A DNA stretch of 64,000 bases from an uncultured Cuneatibacter sp. Its GTDB lineage: Bacteria > Bacillota > Clostridia > Lachnospirales > Lachnospiraceae. Made by a program: the position numbers and the translations under genes. Under the pieces are notes generated by a model, which did not search any database, was not told where the DNA came from, and worked only from the letters and a program-made list of their open reading frames with translations. Positions 1 to 10,091 of this stretch are shown here, in pieces. How positions within the stretch are numbered: the first letter of the stretch is position 1; each line of letters begins with the position of its first letter. The stretch is taken from assembly GCA_934234215.1 (NCBI GenBank), contig CAKQHB010000003.1, forward strand, positions 22,077 through 86,076, in the 5' to 3' direction.

Positions 1-767
1 TTTTGCTGTCCGGCTTCGCTGACCGAGCAGGCAAGAGGGGTTCCGCAATATCGAATATTTGATTTTCCAACGGTCATGGGCTTATGGATATGTCCAAGCG
101 CCGCATAATCAAATGGCTCCAGCACATCGGCGCATACTTCATCGATATTGCCGACAGTGCGAATCTCCGAATCCATTCGGTCCACAGTATCGGCAGAGAT
201 GCCTTTTGGCACGTAGAACTGATGACTGACCAGAACATTTCGTTCAGAAGTGTCAAACTGTTCCCGTTCAAACAGGCGATGCACCGTGGCATCATAAGAT
301 AAATTGTTGCCGTTTTCATCGGTGCCGACCACCCGTTTTACCATGGAAGGCTTCACAAAAGGAAGCAGGTAAAAATGCACCGGTCCGAAGTCATCGGTGA
401 GTGTAACCTGTTCAAGAAAGTCCTCCTCGGTCTGCGGCGGCAGACCGATCATGTGCACCTGCTGGCGTTCCAGCAGTCTGCGATACAGGTTGATGCGGGG
501 AGCGCTGTCGTGGTTGCCGCTGATCATCAGAAGAGCTGTCTTTGGAACACGCTCCGTCAGTCCCACAACGAAATGATCAAACAGCTCGACGGCTTCCGCG
601 GAAGGAATCGCCTTGTCATAGAGATCCCCGGCGATGACGATAGCATCCGGCTGTTCTGTCTCGGCATATTGTGTGATCTGTTCGAGAATTGCCGCCTGAT
701 CAGCAAGAAGATCCCGCTCCCGCAGCTTCAGACCGAGATGCAGATCTGATAAATGAAAAAAACGCAT
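1..767 (-). CDS. sbcD: Exonuclease SbcCD subunit D-like metallophosphoesterase (N-terminal part; gene continues past window start)
   Basis: Manual translation of the minus strand from the ATG at 765-767 gives MRFFHLSDLHLGLKLRERDLLADQAAILEQ...AIVIAGDLYDK, with no stops down to position 240 where I checked. DLHLG and GDLYD are calcineurin-like phosphoesterase motifs typical of SbcD/Mre11. Not in the ORF track because the frame runs off the window. Confidence 0.6.
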   Translation of the reverse strand, partial: MRFFHLSDLHLGLKLRERDLLADQAAILEQITQYAETEQPDAIVIAGDLYDKAIPSAEAVELFDHFVVGLTERVPKTALLMISGNHDSAPRINLYRRLLERQQVHMIGLPPQTEEDFLEQVTLTDDFGPVHFYLLPFVKPSMVKRVVGTDENGNNLSYDATVHRLFEREQFDTSERNVLVSHQFYVPKGISADTVDRMDSEIRTVGNIDEVCADVLEPFDYAALGHIHKPMTVGKSNIRYCGTPLACSVSEAGQQ

Positions 768-788
768 AGTTTCCTCAATTCCTGTCTG

Positions 789-1853
789 TTAATGGCGATT
801 TTGCAGTTCCGTCATGACTTCCTGCCAGTCGATGCCCTTTTCTGCCATCAAAACCGTAGCATGGTACAGGAAATCCGCCATCTCATAGATGACTTCCTCA
901 GAACCGGGATTTTTGGCGGCAATCAGAATTTCCGCAGCTTCCTCTCCGACTTTTTTCAGGATCTTATCCAACCCCTTGTCGAACAGATAGTTTGTGTAAG
1001 AACCCTCTTTCGGATGGAGTTTACGGTCGGTGACGGTGTGATACAGTTCCTCTAAGACTTCGTTGGAATCTTTCCGCTCCGTCTGTTCGGTCTCCAGAAT
1101 CGGGCGGAAAAAGCAGGAGTGCGAACCGGTGTGACAGGCAGCGCCAATTTGCTTGACTTCCGCTAAGAGGGTGTCGCTGTCGCAGTCTGCTTTTAAAGAA
1201 CGGACATACTGATAGTGACCGGAGGTTTCTCCTTTCAGCCACTGCTCCTGTCTGGAACGGCTGTAGTAGTTCATTAGTCCGGTACGGACCGTCTGCTCAT
1301 ATGCCTCCTCGTTCATGTATGCCATCATCAAGACTTCTTTTGTGTCCTGTTCCTGCACAATGACCGGAACAAGTCCTGCGGTGTCTTTTTTTAATTTCGA
1401 CCAGGGAATGGCACATACCGGTGTGTACAGATCCTGACCGGCATCCAAACGATTCTGCCGCTCTTTCGTAAAATCCGCCAGATAGATCAGACTTTCATAG
1501 GCAAAGCCCTCCGGAAGCGTGATACGCTGCTTCCCAAAACGGGCAGCTGCCGTCTCTGCGATGAGAGAGCCGTCCCGATCCTTTTCTTTTTTGACAAGTA
1601 CGGCAGCGGCACCGGCATACAGATATTTTTTGACATCCTCAAGACGTTTGATGCCGCCCTGAATATATACCGGATGTCCGGTTCCGGCGCAGAGCTGTCG
1701 GACGAGAGAGATTTCGGCTTCGTGCTGCTCGTCGAACAGATAACACTGTTCGCAGAGAATGCCGTCTGCAAAGCGAAGCTGCGTTAAAATCTGCTCCATC
1801 TCCGCTTCTTTCAAGACACCTGCCGGGATGACCGCCAGTAATTTCTTTTTCAT
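789..1853 (-). CDS. hisI: Bifunctional phosphoribosyl-AMP cyclohydrolase / phosphoribosyl-ATP pyrophosphatase (HisIE) with a ~110-aa N-terminal HisA/HisF-like half-barrel remnant
   Basis: The central part ([24 protein letters not shown]...[10 protein letters not shown]) is HisI. The C-terminus ([28 protein letters not shown]...) is HisE. The N-terminus ([29 protein letters not shown]) resembles the last beta-alpha units of HisF/HisA. Start taken at the second Met (MKKKLLAV), 4 nt after the hisA stop. Confidence 0.75.
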   Translation of the reverse strand: MKKKLLAVIPAGVLKEAEMEQILTQLRFADGILCEQCYLFDEQHEAEISLVRQLCAGTGHPVYIQGGIKRLEDVKKYLYAGAAAVLVKKEKDRDGSLIAETAAARFGKQRITLPEGFAYESLIYLADFTKERQNRLDAGQDLYTPVCAIPWSKLKKDTAGLVPVIVQEQDTKEVLMMAYMNEEAYEQTVRTGLMNYYSRSRQEQWLKGETSGHYQYVRSLKADCDSDTLLAEVKQIGAACHTGSHSCFFRPILETEQTERKDSNEVLEELYHTVTDRKLHPKEGSYTNYLFDKGLDKILKKVGEEAAEILIAAKNPGSEEVIYEMADFLYHATVLMAEKGIDWQEVMTELQNRH

Positions 1854-1857
1854 GGTT

Positions 1858-2580
1858 TTAGTCCCTTTCATATGCTTTCACTGCGTCCGCAAGGCAGATT
1901 TTCTTTTCGTACAGCGCCTTTCCGATCACAACGCCATAGACATTGGCCTCAGCCAGCCGCTCCAGATCCTCCATACAGGAGACACCGCCGGAGGCGATGA
2001 CGGACAGTCCGCTAAGCTCTGCCAGTTGGACGGTCGCAGAAATATTTGGTCCTTGCATCATACCATCTTTTGCGACATCTGTATAGATGATTGTCTGAAT
2101 TCCAAAGTCCCGTACCTGTTTTGCGAGGGTGACAGCGGACACTTCGCTCACCGTCTCCCAGCCGGAAATCGCCACCATGCCGTCTTTGGCATCAATGCCC
2201 ACGACGATCTGTTCCGCACCGAACTCCTGCACGCATTGTTTCACAAATTCCGGATCCTCGATGGCTTTTGTACCGAGGATAACGCGGGAAACACCGGCAT
2301 TTAAAAGCTGTCGGATCTGCTCTGCTGTGCGGACACCGCCGCCCAGCTCCACAGGGATGTGAACGGTCTGGCAGATCTCGCGAATCGCGTCCAGATTGAC
2401 GCTGCAGCCCTGCAGTGCGCCGTCCAGATCCACGAGGTGAAGGAAGCGGGCACCCTGCCGTTCCCATTCGGCTGCGACTGCTGCCGGGGATGTGGCATAG
2501 ACGGTCTCTTTGGTAAAGTCCCCCTGTATGAGGCGCACACACTGCCCATGTTTCATATCAATGGCGGGAAATAATTTCAT
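1858..2580 (-). CDS. hisA: ProFAR isomerase HisA
   Basis: [17 protein letters not shown]...[11 protein letters not shown] is the HisA signature. GGAGA RBS upstream of the Met at 2578-2580. The ORF track's longer 5' extension is likely spurious. Confidence 0.9.
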   Translation of the reverse strand: MKLFPAIDMKHGQCVRLIQGDFTKETVYATSPAAVAAEWERQGARFLHLVDLDGALQGCSVNLDAIREICQTVHIPVELGGGVRTAEQIRQLLNAGVSRVILGTKAIEDPEFVKQCVQEFGAEQIVVGIDAKDGMVAISGWETVSEVSAVTLAKQVRDFGIQTIIYTDVAKDGMMQGPNISATVQLAELSGLSVIASGGVSCMEDLERLAEANVYGVVIGKALYEKKICLADAVKAYERD

Positions 2581-2599
2581 CGGATTCTCCTTTCTCGGA

Positions 2600-3187
2600 T
2601 CAAAGCAGTCCTTTTGTGGACAGTTGTTCTTCGATGCGTTTGTCCAGACAGGTTGCCTGATCCAAAGCCTTCGCAAATGCCTTAAAGCAGCCCTCGATGA
2701 TGTGGTGGCTGTTTTCTCCGGCGAGGAGCCGCAGGTGGAGGTTCATCCCGGCAGCACTTGCTACCGCATAAAAGAACTCCCGCACCATCTCGGTGTCAAA
2801 CTCGCCCACACGCTCTGCCGGGATCGGCACATCAAAGCCAAGGTAAGCTCTGCCGGACAGATCCACAGCACACAGCACAAGGGCATCATCCATCGGCAGG
2901 ATGACAGAGCCGTACCGTACCATGGACTTTTTGTCCCCCACAGCTTTTGCGATTGCCTGTCCCAGCACGATGCCGGTGTCCTCAATGGTATGGTGACAGT
3001 CCACGTACAGATCGCCTTCGGTGTGAGCGGTAAGATCGAACAGTCCGTGTCTTGCGAAGCTATTCAGCATGTGGTCAAAAAAACCGATGCCGGTATCAAT
3101 GTCTGCCTGTCCGCTGCCGTCCAGCTCGATGGCAATTTCTACATTTGTCTCTTTTGTCGTTCTTGTCACGGTTCCTACGCGTCCCAT
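2600..3187 (-). CDS. hisB: Imidazoleglycerol-phosphate dehydratase HisB
   Basis: MGRVGTVTRTTKETNVEIAIELDGSG... is the IGPD signature with metal-binding His motifs. AAAGGAGG RBS before the Met at 3187. Confidence 0.9.
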   Translation of the reverse strand: MGRVGTVTRTTKETNVEIAIELDGSGQADIDTGIGFFDHMLNSFARHGLFDLTAHTEGDLYVDCHHTIEDTGIVLGQAIAKAVGDKKSMVRYGSVILPMDDALVLCAVDLSGRAYLGFDVPIPAERVGEFDTEMVREFFYAVASAAGMNLHLRLLAGENSHHIIEGCFKAFAKALDQATCLDKRIEEQLSTKGLL

Positions 3188-3215
3188 AAGAGCCTCCTTT
3201 TGTTGGAAAGTATCA

Positions 3216-4508
3216 TCAGTCTTCAAAACGAACCCGAATCGAGTTGGCATGTGCCGTCAGCTGCTCTGCCTCCGCAAAGGCAACGATCTCCGGATATACC
3301 GCCTCCAGCGCTTCTTTGGAATAGTAAATAATGCTGGATTTCTTGATATAGTCATCCACGCTGAGCGGGGAGAAGAACCGGGCGGTGCCATTTGTGGGAA
3401 GGACATGGTTCGGTCCGGCAAAATAATCGCCTAACGGCTCCGAACTGTAATTTCCCAGAAAGATCGCTCCGGCATTCTGGATCTTTGGCAGAATCGCAAA
3501 AGGATCTTTTGTGAGAACTTCCATATGCTCCGGTGCGATGGCATTTGCTGTCTCAATGGCTTCCTCCATCGTGTCGGTTACAAGAATGTAGCCGTAATTG
3601 TCCAGAGATTTCTGGATGATGTCCTGTCTGGAAAGAACGCGGGTGAACTCATCCACCTGTTCGGAAACCTGCTTTGCCAGTTGTTCACTGGTGGTGACCA
3701 GAATGGCACACGCTAATTCATCGTGCTCTGCCTGGGATAAGAGATCTGCAGCCACATAGCGGGGATTGGCACCCTCATCCGCAAGAACCAGAATCTCACT
3801 GGGTCCTGCGATGCTGTCAATGCTGACAAAGCCGTATACGGCTTTTTTCGCCAGCGCAACGTAGATATTGCCGGGTCCTGCAATCTTGTCCACCTTTGGA
3901 ATGGTCTCAGTTCCGAACGCCAGCGCTGCAATCGCCTGTGCGCCGCCAACTTTGTACACCTCTGTTGCACCAGCTAACATTGCGGCAGTCAGCGTGACGG
4001 GATTGACTTTGCCTTCGCGGTTGCAGGGGGTCACCATCACGATCCGGGAAACACCGGCAACCTGTGCGGGAACGATGTTCATAAGCACCGTGGACGGGTA
4101 AGCGGCTTTTCCGCCGGGAACATAAATACCGGCGCTGGCAAGGGGTGTGACTTTTTGTCCGAGGATCGTGCCGTCCGGCTTTGCGTCAAACCAGCTGTTT
4201 CGTTTTTGCTTTTCATGGTAAGCGCGGATGTTGGCAAGGGCATGTTTCATGATCTCAATGAGTTTCGGATCAACCTGCGCGGCTGCTTCCGCAATCTCCT
4301 CTTCCGTCACACGCAGCTGATCTGCGGTCAGTGCTGCATGATCAAACTTTTCCGTATAGGCCAACACGGCGGCATCTCCGTTTTGATGAACATCCTCGAC
4401 GATTTTCTGAACAGTATCCGCATACTGGGTGTATTGGTTCGGGTCTCGCTTCAGCAGCTCGGAAATAATATTTTTTCTTGTGGTTTCGTCCATTTTTCGA
4501 ATTCTCAT
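3216..4508 (-). CDS. hisD: Histidinol dehydrogenase HisD
   Basis: 430 aa with conserved HisD motifs and matching length. Overlaps the hisG stop by 4 nt. Confidence 0.9.
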   Translation of the reverse strand: MRIRKMDETTRKNIISELLKRDPNQYTQYADTVQKIVEDVHQNGDAAVLAYTEKFDHAALTADQLRVTEEEIAEAAAQVDPKLIEIMKHALANIRAYHEKQKRNSWFDAKPDGTILGQKVTPLASAGIYVPGGKAAYPSTVLMNIVPAQVAGVSRIVMVTPCNREGKVNPVTLTAAMLAGATEVYKVGGAQAIAALAFGTETIPKVDKIAGPGNIYVALAKKAVYGFVSIDSIAGPSEILVLADEGANPRYVAADLLSQAEHDELACAILVTTSEQLAKQVSEQVDEFTRVLSRQDIIQKSLDNYGYILVTDTMEEAIETANAIAPEHMEVLTKDPFAILPKIQNAGAIFLGNYSSEPLGDYFAGPNHVLPTNGTARFFSPLSVDDYIKKSSIIYYSKEALEAVYPEIVAFAEAEQLTAHANSIRVRFED

Positions 4509-5164
4509 TTGCCTGCACCTCCATAATAAGTCTCACAATATGCTCTCAGATCCCGGATCAGCTTCATGATCCGCTCGTGCTCCATCTTCATGCTGACTTG
4601 ATTGACAACAACTCTTGCGGAGAGGGGACACACTTCCTCCAGTACGGTCAGTCCGTTTTCCCGTAGCGTTGTACCGGTCTCCACGATATCTACGATGACA
4701 TCGGAAAGTCCCACGATGGGGGCTAGCTCGATGGAGCCGTTGAGCTTGATAATCTCCACGGTCTGATTTTTCTTGTTATAAAAATAATTTTTTGCAATGT
4801 GGGGATACTTTGTAGCAACCCGAATCTGTTCCTGATGTGCCAGAAGCGCTCGGGCGCTCTCCGGTCCGCAGACGCACATACGGCATTTTCCGAGACCGAG
4901 ATCTAAGACCTCGTATAAGTTTCTGCCTTCTTCTAAGATCGTATCTTTTCCCACAACACCGATGTCCGCGGCTCCGTATTCTACATAAGTCGGCACATCC
5001 GATGCTTTTGCGAGGAAGAAGCGCAGCCCCAGCTCTTCGTTGGTGAAGATCAGCTTTCTGGAATCCGGATCATCCATTTCCTGACAGCGGATGCCGATAT
5101 GTTCCAAAAGCTCCATCGTCTTGTTTGCGAGACGCCCCTTGGCAAGTGCAAATGTCAGATAACG
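4505..5164 (-). CDS. hisG: ATP phosphoribosyltransferase, short form HisG
   Basis: [13 protein letters not shown]... is short-form HisG (~220 aa), which needs HisZ. Start placed at the internal Met, after the hisZ stop at 5170. Confidence 0.85.
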   Translation of the reverse strand, partial: RYLTFALAKGRLANKTMELLEHIGIRCQEMDDPDSRKLIFTNEELGLRFFLAKASDVPTYVEYGAADIGVVGKDTILEEGRNLYEVLDLGLGKCRMCVCGPESARALLAHQEQIRVATKYPHIAKNYFYNKKNQTVEIIKLNGSIELAPIVGLSDVIVDIVETGTTLRENGLTVLEEVCPLSARVVVNQVSMKMEHERIMKLIRDLRAYCETYYGGAGK

Positions 5165-5169
5165 CATAC

Positions 5170-6399
5170 TCAGATGTCCTCCTTCCAGAATTGCAGTTCG
5201 CCGTTTGCGGGCAAATACCAGATTTCCGAAAAGCCGTGGTGCAAAGCGTACTGCTTGTAGTCTTCCAACGATTTTTCCCGATACCACTTCATCATCTGGA
5301 TCTGTCTGCCGTCAGCGCGATACTTTGCCGCTACCGTGATGGCTTCCGTCCGTCTTTTGCGGTCGTAAAGCAGGATGACGTCGGACATCATGCCTTTTAG
5401 ATTTAACTTTTGGCTGCGCATACCGGAAAGCAGAGCATCCATGGAAATACCAAATCCAATGGCGGCTGCATTCTTCCCATACTGCGCGAGCAGGCGATCG
5501 TATCTGCCGCCGTTTATGATGCTTGCACCGGTACCATAAGTAAAAGCGCGAAAGATCACGCCGGTATAATATTCATATTTTCCGACAAGACCGAGATCAA
5601 AGGTGACATACTGTGCTTTTCCGTACAGCTCCAGAATGTGATATACCTTTTCCAGCCGGTCAAGAGCAGCGAGACAGGTGGGATTTTGTGTCAGCGTCCG
5701 CGCCTTTGCAAGACAGGATGTATCGCCAAATAATTCAATCATGCCGGTCAGCGTGCGCTGCAGTGATTCGGAAACGCCCCATTGTCGCAGGCAATCCTCC
5801 GCGGCAAAAAGGTTTTTATCCTCCATGTACTGTCGCAGCTCCAGTCGCTGATCATCGGACAGCCCAGCCTCTTCCACAAGCCCCTGAAAAAAGTTGATGT
5901 TTCCGAGCTCAATTTGAAATTCGGTCAGACCGGCGGCAAGCAGACAGTCCGCCATCATGGCAATCATCTCTGCTTCGGAGTCTGTCGTCTCGTCCCCGAT
6001 CAGCTCGGCGCCCAGCTGTGTCTGCTCCCGCAGACGTCCCTGATAGCCCGTGTGGTTCACGAAGGTACTGCCACAGTAGCAGACCCGCAGCGGCAGATCC
6101 TCCTCGCGAAAATACTTTGCGGCGCAGCGTGCCACTGCCGGTGTGATATCTGGCCGCAGGACCAGGGTTTCACCGTCCCGGTCAATAAATTTAAACATCT
6201 CTCTGGAAGAGACGCTTCCCTTTTCTTTGCTGAACACATCAAAAAATTCAAAGGTGGGAGTCTGAATGCCGCGATAGCCATATCGGTGCAGGATGTCCGT
6301 CATCCGCTCTTCCACCGCCTGCTTTTCGGCATATTCTTTTGTGTAATAGTCCCGGACTCCCTCCGGTGTATGCAGCAGTTTTTTGCTGTTTTGTTCCAT
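5170..6399 (-). CDS. hisZ: ATP phosphoribosyltransferase regulatory subunit HisZ (HisRS paralog)
   Basis: A 409-aa class-II aaRS-like catalytic core with no anticodon-binding domain, sitting immediately upstream of short-form hisG. Confidence 0.85.
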   Translation of the reverse strand: MEQNSKKLLHTPEGVRDYYTKEYAEKQAVEERMTDILHRYGYRGIQTPTFEFFDVFSKEKGSVSSREMFKFIDRDGETLVLRPDITPAVARCAAKYFREEDLPLRVCYCGSTFVNHTGYQGRLREQTQLGAELIGDETTDSEAEMIAMMADCLLAAGLTEFQIELGNINFFQGLVEEAGLSDDQRLELRQYMEDKNLFAAEDCLRQWGVSESLQRTLTGMIELFGDTSCLAKARTLTQNPTCLAALDRLEKVYHILELYGKAQYVTFDLGLVGKYEYYTGVIFRAFTYGTGASIINGGRYDRLLAQYGKNAAAIGFGISMDALLSGMRSQKLNLKGMMSDVILLYDRKRRTEAITVAAKYRADGRQIQMMKWYREKSLEDYKQYALHHGFSEIWYLPANGELQFWKEDI

Positions 6400-6479
6400 G
6401 ATCTGACGTCCTTTCTGAGCAGTCTGTCACGAGTACTTTAGTGTGCTACCACATTAGCACGATAAAGCATGCTGGTGAT

Positions 6480-6508
6480 AGTATACCGGGGCATCTCTTA
6501 TTTGTCAA
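6480..6508 (-). promoter_or_regulatory. Putative sigma-A promoter of the his operon (TTGACA-17-TATACT on the minus strand)
   Basis: Reverse complement of 6503-6508 is TTGACA. A 17-nt spacer precedes TATACT (reverse complement of 6480-6485), about 80 nt upstream of the hisZ ATG. Confidence 0.5.
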
Positions 6509-7054
6509 TCAGTTTTCGGAATGGCTGTCCCGAAATTCCAGATCTTTCTGGAGCGGGATGAGATACGGGATCTGTCCTCCTGCCCGGCTTGGGATCCGAT
6601 AGGCTTTGTCGATCTCGTCATAGGCGATGCTCTTTCTGCCGCCCTCTGCGGCGCGGGTCCAGAAACGCTCCAGATCGCGAAAGGGCAGATAATACATCTC
6701 ATTCAGCGCAGTATATGAAATCAGCAGAAAGGCAATCCCTCCCTGCTGTTCAAATTCCCGCATAAATGCCACCTGATGCTCGTGGACGTTTTGCAGCGGA
6801 AAGGTCCGAACATTGCACTCCTTGGCATCAAAGCATATAGGGATCCCCTGTACGGCACCGATGTAGTCTACAGTACTCTTTTGCTCAAAATAAGCAAGAG
6901 TGATGTGTCGGTTTTTGTCCATTTCCACCGGCTTGATGGGGGTTGGAATCTTTTGAATTAATGCCAGCCCCTTCTTACGGTATGCTTCATTTGTATAGTT
7001 GATCAGTTCTTCCAGGGTCGAGCCCCGAAGTCCTCTGGAATTCCAGGTTGCCAT
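6509..7054 (-). CDS. recU: Holliday junction resolvase RecU
   Basis: NSRGLRGSTLEELINYTNEAY... parallels the B. subtilis RecU N-terminal region. About 180 aa. Confidence 0.8.
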   Translation of the reverse strand: MATWNSRGLRGSTLEELINYTNEAYRKKGLALIQKIPTPIKPVEMDKNRHITLAYFEQKSTVDYIGAVQGIPICFDAKECNVRTFPLQNVHEHQVAFMREFEQQGGIAFLLISYTALNEMYYLPFRDLERFWTRAAEGGRKSIAYDEIDKAYRIPSRAGGQIPYLIPLQKDLEFRDSHSEN

Positions 7055-8073
7055 CCGTCTGTCTCCTTGATTCGCCGTATTACTTTCTGAAAATCTGCCG
7101 GGACCGGTGCAGTGATGTGCTTTCCGGAAAGGGCAGGCAGTGTGCTGTCTGCGGGGAATTCCATCCGTGCTGCATGGAGCATCTGTCTGCGGACATGAAA
7201 TGTCCGGGTCTCCGGATGCGCCGCATGTTCCCCGTATTTGGAATCGCCCAGAATCGGGTGTCCGATGGATGCCAGATGAGCACGGATCTGATGGGTCTTT
7301 CCGGTGATCAGTTCAATCTGCAGCAGCGTTGCCCGTCTGCTGGTGGCAATCGGTTCCCATGCCGTCTCTACAAGTGCAGCGCCCGGACGGGCAATGTTGG
7401 TAATAACCACCTGATTGGTCGCTTCGTCCTTGCTCCAGTAGCCTTTCAGATGTTCTGTCCTTGTCATGCGTCCTTCCACGAGGGCATAATAAAACTTTCG
7501 TACTTTGCGATCCCGGATCATGGCAGATAACTGCTGTAATCCGTTCATCGTCTTTCCGGCAGCGATAAGACCGCTGGTATTTCGGTCCAGACGGTTGCAG
7601 ACAGAAGGCTTGACGAGGCGCATCTGTTCGGCGTTCATCCGACCGGTATCCAAAAGCCAGTCCAACAATTGTTCGTTGATGGAATAATCCGAGGGGACTG
7701 CTTTCTGGGACAGGACGCCTGCAGGCTTTGCAAGAAACAAAACATCCGGATCTTCGTAGAGAACATCCAGAGGCGGAAGTTTCTTTTCGGGCTGCTTTGG
7801 AGCGGGAGCTGTCTGCGCCGGACTGCCGGTCTCCACGGAGGAGGGAGCAGTTCCATTCTGAAAAGCCAGGATCGTCTCTTCTGCCAGAAACAGCTTAACT
7901 TCATCTCCGCCCGTCAGCTTTTCTGCGCCGGTAGCTTTTTTTCCATTCAGGGTAATATTCTTTTTTCGCAGCATTTTGTATAAAAAACTTTTTGGTGCGG
8001 TATGGAAATAACGGGACAGCATCTTATCCAGACGCTGTCCTGCTTCTTCTTTTGCGATCGTAATTTGTCTCAT
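7003..8073 (-). CDS. RluA-family 23S rRNA pseudouridine synthase (RluD/RluC-like, N-terminal S4 domain)
   Basis: S4-like N-terminus. Catalytic HRLDRNTSG motif and GKTHQIRAHL are both present. Confidence 0.85.
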   Translation of the reverse strand: MRQITIAKEEAGQRLDKMLSRYFHTAPKSFLYKMLRKKNITLNGKKATGAEKLTGGDEVKLFLAEETILAFQNGTAPSSVETGSPAQTAPAPKQPEKKLPPLDVLYEDPDVLFLAKPAGVLSQKAVPSDYSINEQLLDWLLDTGRMNAEQMRLVKPSVCNRLDRNTSGLIAAGKTMNGLQQLSAMIRDRKVRKFYYALVEGRMTRTEHLKGYWSKDEATNQVVITNIARPGAALVETAWEPIATSRRATLLQIELITGKTHQIRAHLASIGHPILGDSKYGEHAAHPETRTFHVRRQMLHAARMEFPADSTLPALSGKHITAPVPADFQKVIRRIKETDGWQPGIPEDFGARPWKN

Positions 8074-8114
8074 AGAGCCTCTTTTCGGTCTTTGTGAAAT
8101 TAAAAGGTAAAATC

Positions 8115-8708
8115 TTAGAAGGAATTTGCCAGCAGAGCAGACTCGATCCGTTCGATGGTCTTTCTCTGTTCGTCATCCTGCGGTGCCTGCAGCTTGGAAA
8201 GCTGTGCGGCAAACTTCTTTTCCTCCGTGAACAGTTCTACCGGAACATCCAGCTCGCTCAGACGGAGACGACCTTCCAGATAGCGGGAAAACTCTGCTGC
8301 GGAGGGCAGCTTTTTCAGTGTATCCGGCTTTCCGACACGCTCATAATATCCAACAACCCGATCCGCGGAAAATGCCATGTACGGCAGGCTGACGGTAGGA
8401 CCGTTGGGGTTAGTGATTGCCAGCTCAGTGATGACCCTGCAGGGCGCAGCCTGTGCCGTGTAGCGGTCATAATGCGCCCGCTCTCTGCTGTGATATGGGA
8501 ACATCGCAACAAAGTGAACGAAGAAATTGCTAGCTGGCAGTACATTTAAGATTGCACAGATCTTTAATAAAACTGCAACCGTATCGCTGACAAACATCGT
8601 CGCAGTCAACATGGCAATGATGATCAATACAAAGATAAGGACGGTGATGCCCTTTACTTTTTTGGTGTGACTCAGATATCCAGGGGTTCCTTTGATAACT
8701 TTCTTCAT
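8115..8708 (-). CDS. Hypothetical membrane protein (2 N-terminal TM helices plus a soluble domain)
   Basis: Hydrophobic stretches ITVLIFVLIIIAMLTATMF and ICAILNVLPASNFFVHFVAMF. No recognised catalytic motif. Confidence 0.5.
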   Translation of the reverse strand: MKKVIKGTPGYLSHTKKVKGITVLIFVLIIIAMLTATMFVSDTVAVLLKICAILNVLPASNFFVHFVAMFPYHSRERAHYDRYTAQAAPCRVITELAITNPNGPTVSLPYMAFSADRVVGYYERVGKPDTLKKLPSAAEFSRYLEGRLRLSELDVPVELFTEEKKFAAQLSKLQAPQDDEQRKTIERIESALLANSF

Positions 8709-8720
8709 AAGTTCTCCTTT

Positions 8721-9389
8721 TTAGTGGTTGTCTACAAGCTGCTCAAATGACTCAATGTAATCGTCTGCCTGTTCATACTTCTCAGTCCGCATATGTGCAG
8801 ACCAGGTATCCTCCACTGCCCATGCCCGCATTCCGGCACGATGTCCGGCAAGAATGCCAGCCGGGACATCCTCAAATACGAGACAATGCTCCGGTGTGGT
8901 GTTCAGCTCCTGCGCCAGACGGATGTAAATATCCGGCGCGGGTTTCCCATGCTGAACTTCATGGGATGTCAGAACGCAGTCAAAATATTCCGTAATATGC
9001 AGGGCATCCAGTACAGCCTCCGTCAACTGTCTGGAATTACTCGTCGCAATTCCCATCTTCAAGCCCTGTGCTTTTGCCTGCTGTAGAAATTCAAGAACCC
9101 CTTCTTTCAGAGGAACTTCGTGCAGATATTTCTCGTGCGCCATCGCATTCCAGCAATCCATGATCTCTTCTACAGTATCCGGAATCGGGAAATGCTCCTT
9201 GAAATAGATCGCTGTCTCGTGAAAGCCGTAGCCTTCAATGTCTTTCTTCAGTGTGGGCGGCATCGTAAGACCGTAACGGTCGAGAAATTCAATGTCGATC
9301 GCATCCCACATCCACATGGAATCGATCAGAGTGCCGTCCATATCAAACAGCAACGCTGTCACTCCCTCCGGAAGCTGTTTTTTTACCAT
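8721..9389 (-). CDS. HAD-superfamily hydrolase (beta-phosphoglucomutase-like subfamily IA)
   Basis: LFDMDGTLIDS is HAD motif I. Downstream HAD motifs are present. Confidence 0.85.
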   Translation of the reverse strand: MVKKQLPEGVTALLFDMDGTLIDSMWMWDAIDIEFLDRYGLTMPPTLKKDIEGYGFHETAIYFKEHFPIPDTVEEIMDCWNAMAHEKYLHEVPLKEGVLEFLQQAKAQGLKMGIATSNSRQLTEAVLDALHITEYFDCVLTSHEVQHGKPAPDIYIRLAQELNTTPEHCLVFEDVPAGILAGHRAGMRAWAVEDTWSAHMRTEKYEQADDYIESFEQLVDNH

Positions 9390-10078
9390 TTTCGTAATTC
9401 CTCTCTCTCCTCAGCGGTCAGTCGGCGGTACTGTCCCGGCTCCAGAGACTCATCCAGTGTCAGCGGTCCCATAGAAAGCCGTTTCAGACCGGTTACTTTA
9501 CAGCCAATCGCTGCAAACATGCGCTTGACCTGATGGTACTTTCCCTCCTGAATCGTCAAAAGACCGGTGTGCTCCGTCAACACTTCCAGCTTTGCGGGCA
9601 TCGTCTGTCCGTCGCCGTACAGCTCGACACCCTGCTCAAACATCTGAACTGCCGCCTCGGGCATCGTTTCCTCAATGGTGACAAGATAGGTCTTGTCCAC
9701 GTGATGATTCGGGGACAGCAGACGGTGCGCCAGAGCTCCGTCATTTGTGATGAGCAGAAGTCCTTCGGTATCCAGATCCAGTCTGCCCACCGGGAACAGA
9801 TCCTTTCTCTGACTGTCATGAATGAGGGACAGCACAGTGGGATACAGGGCATCTTCCGTTGCGGAAACAACGCCCTGAGGTTTGTTCAGCATAAAATACT
9901 CAAATTTTTCGTAAATGATTTCTTTGCCTTCAAAGTCAACACGGTCATCCTCCTGAACCTGAAAGCCGGGATCTGTCTGTATCACACCATTGACCTGCAC
10001 AGACCGTTTCCGGATCAGATCCTTTACCTGACTTCTTGTTCCGATTCCCATATCAGCTAAGTATTTATCCAAACGCAT
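9383..10078 (-). CDS. rsuA: 16S rRNA pseudouridine synthase RsuA (S4 domain plus PseudoU_synth_2)
   Basis: MRLDKYLADMGIGTRSQVKDLI is an S4 domain. GRLDLDTEGLLLITNDG is the catalytic motif. Confidence 0.85.
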   Translation of the reverse strand: MRLDKYLADMGIGTRSQVKDLIRKRSVQVNGVIQTDPGFQVQEDDRVDFEGKEIIYEKFEYFMLNKPQGVVSATEDALYPTVLSLIHDSQRKDLFPVGRLDLDTEGLLLITNDGALAHRLLSPNHHVDKTYLVTIEETMPEAAVQMFEQGVELYGDGQTMPAKLEVLTEHTGLLTIQEGKYHQVKRMFAAIGCKVTGLKRLSMGPLTLDESLEPGQYRRLTAEEREELRKW

Positions 10079-10091
10079 ATGATCGCCTTCT

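Noticed and set aside
6400-6508. T-box or attenuator leader upstream of hisZ
   Set aside because: The intergenic region is only about 110 nt, too short for a T-box. It has one small hairpin (gtgcta...tagcac) and no specifier/antiterminator architecture. I annotated only a promoter.
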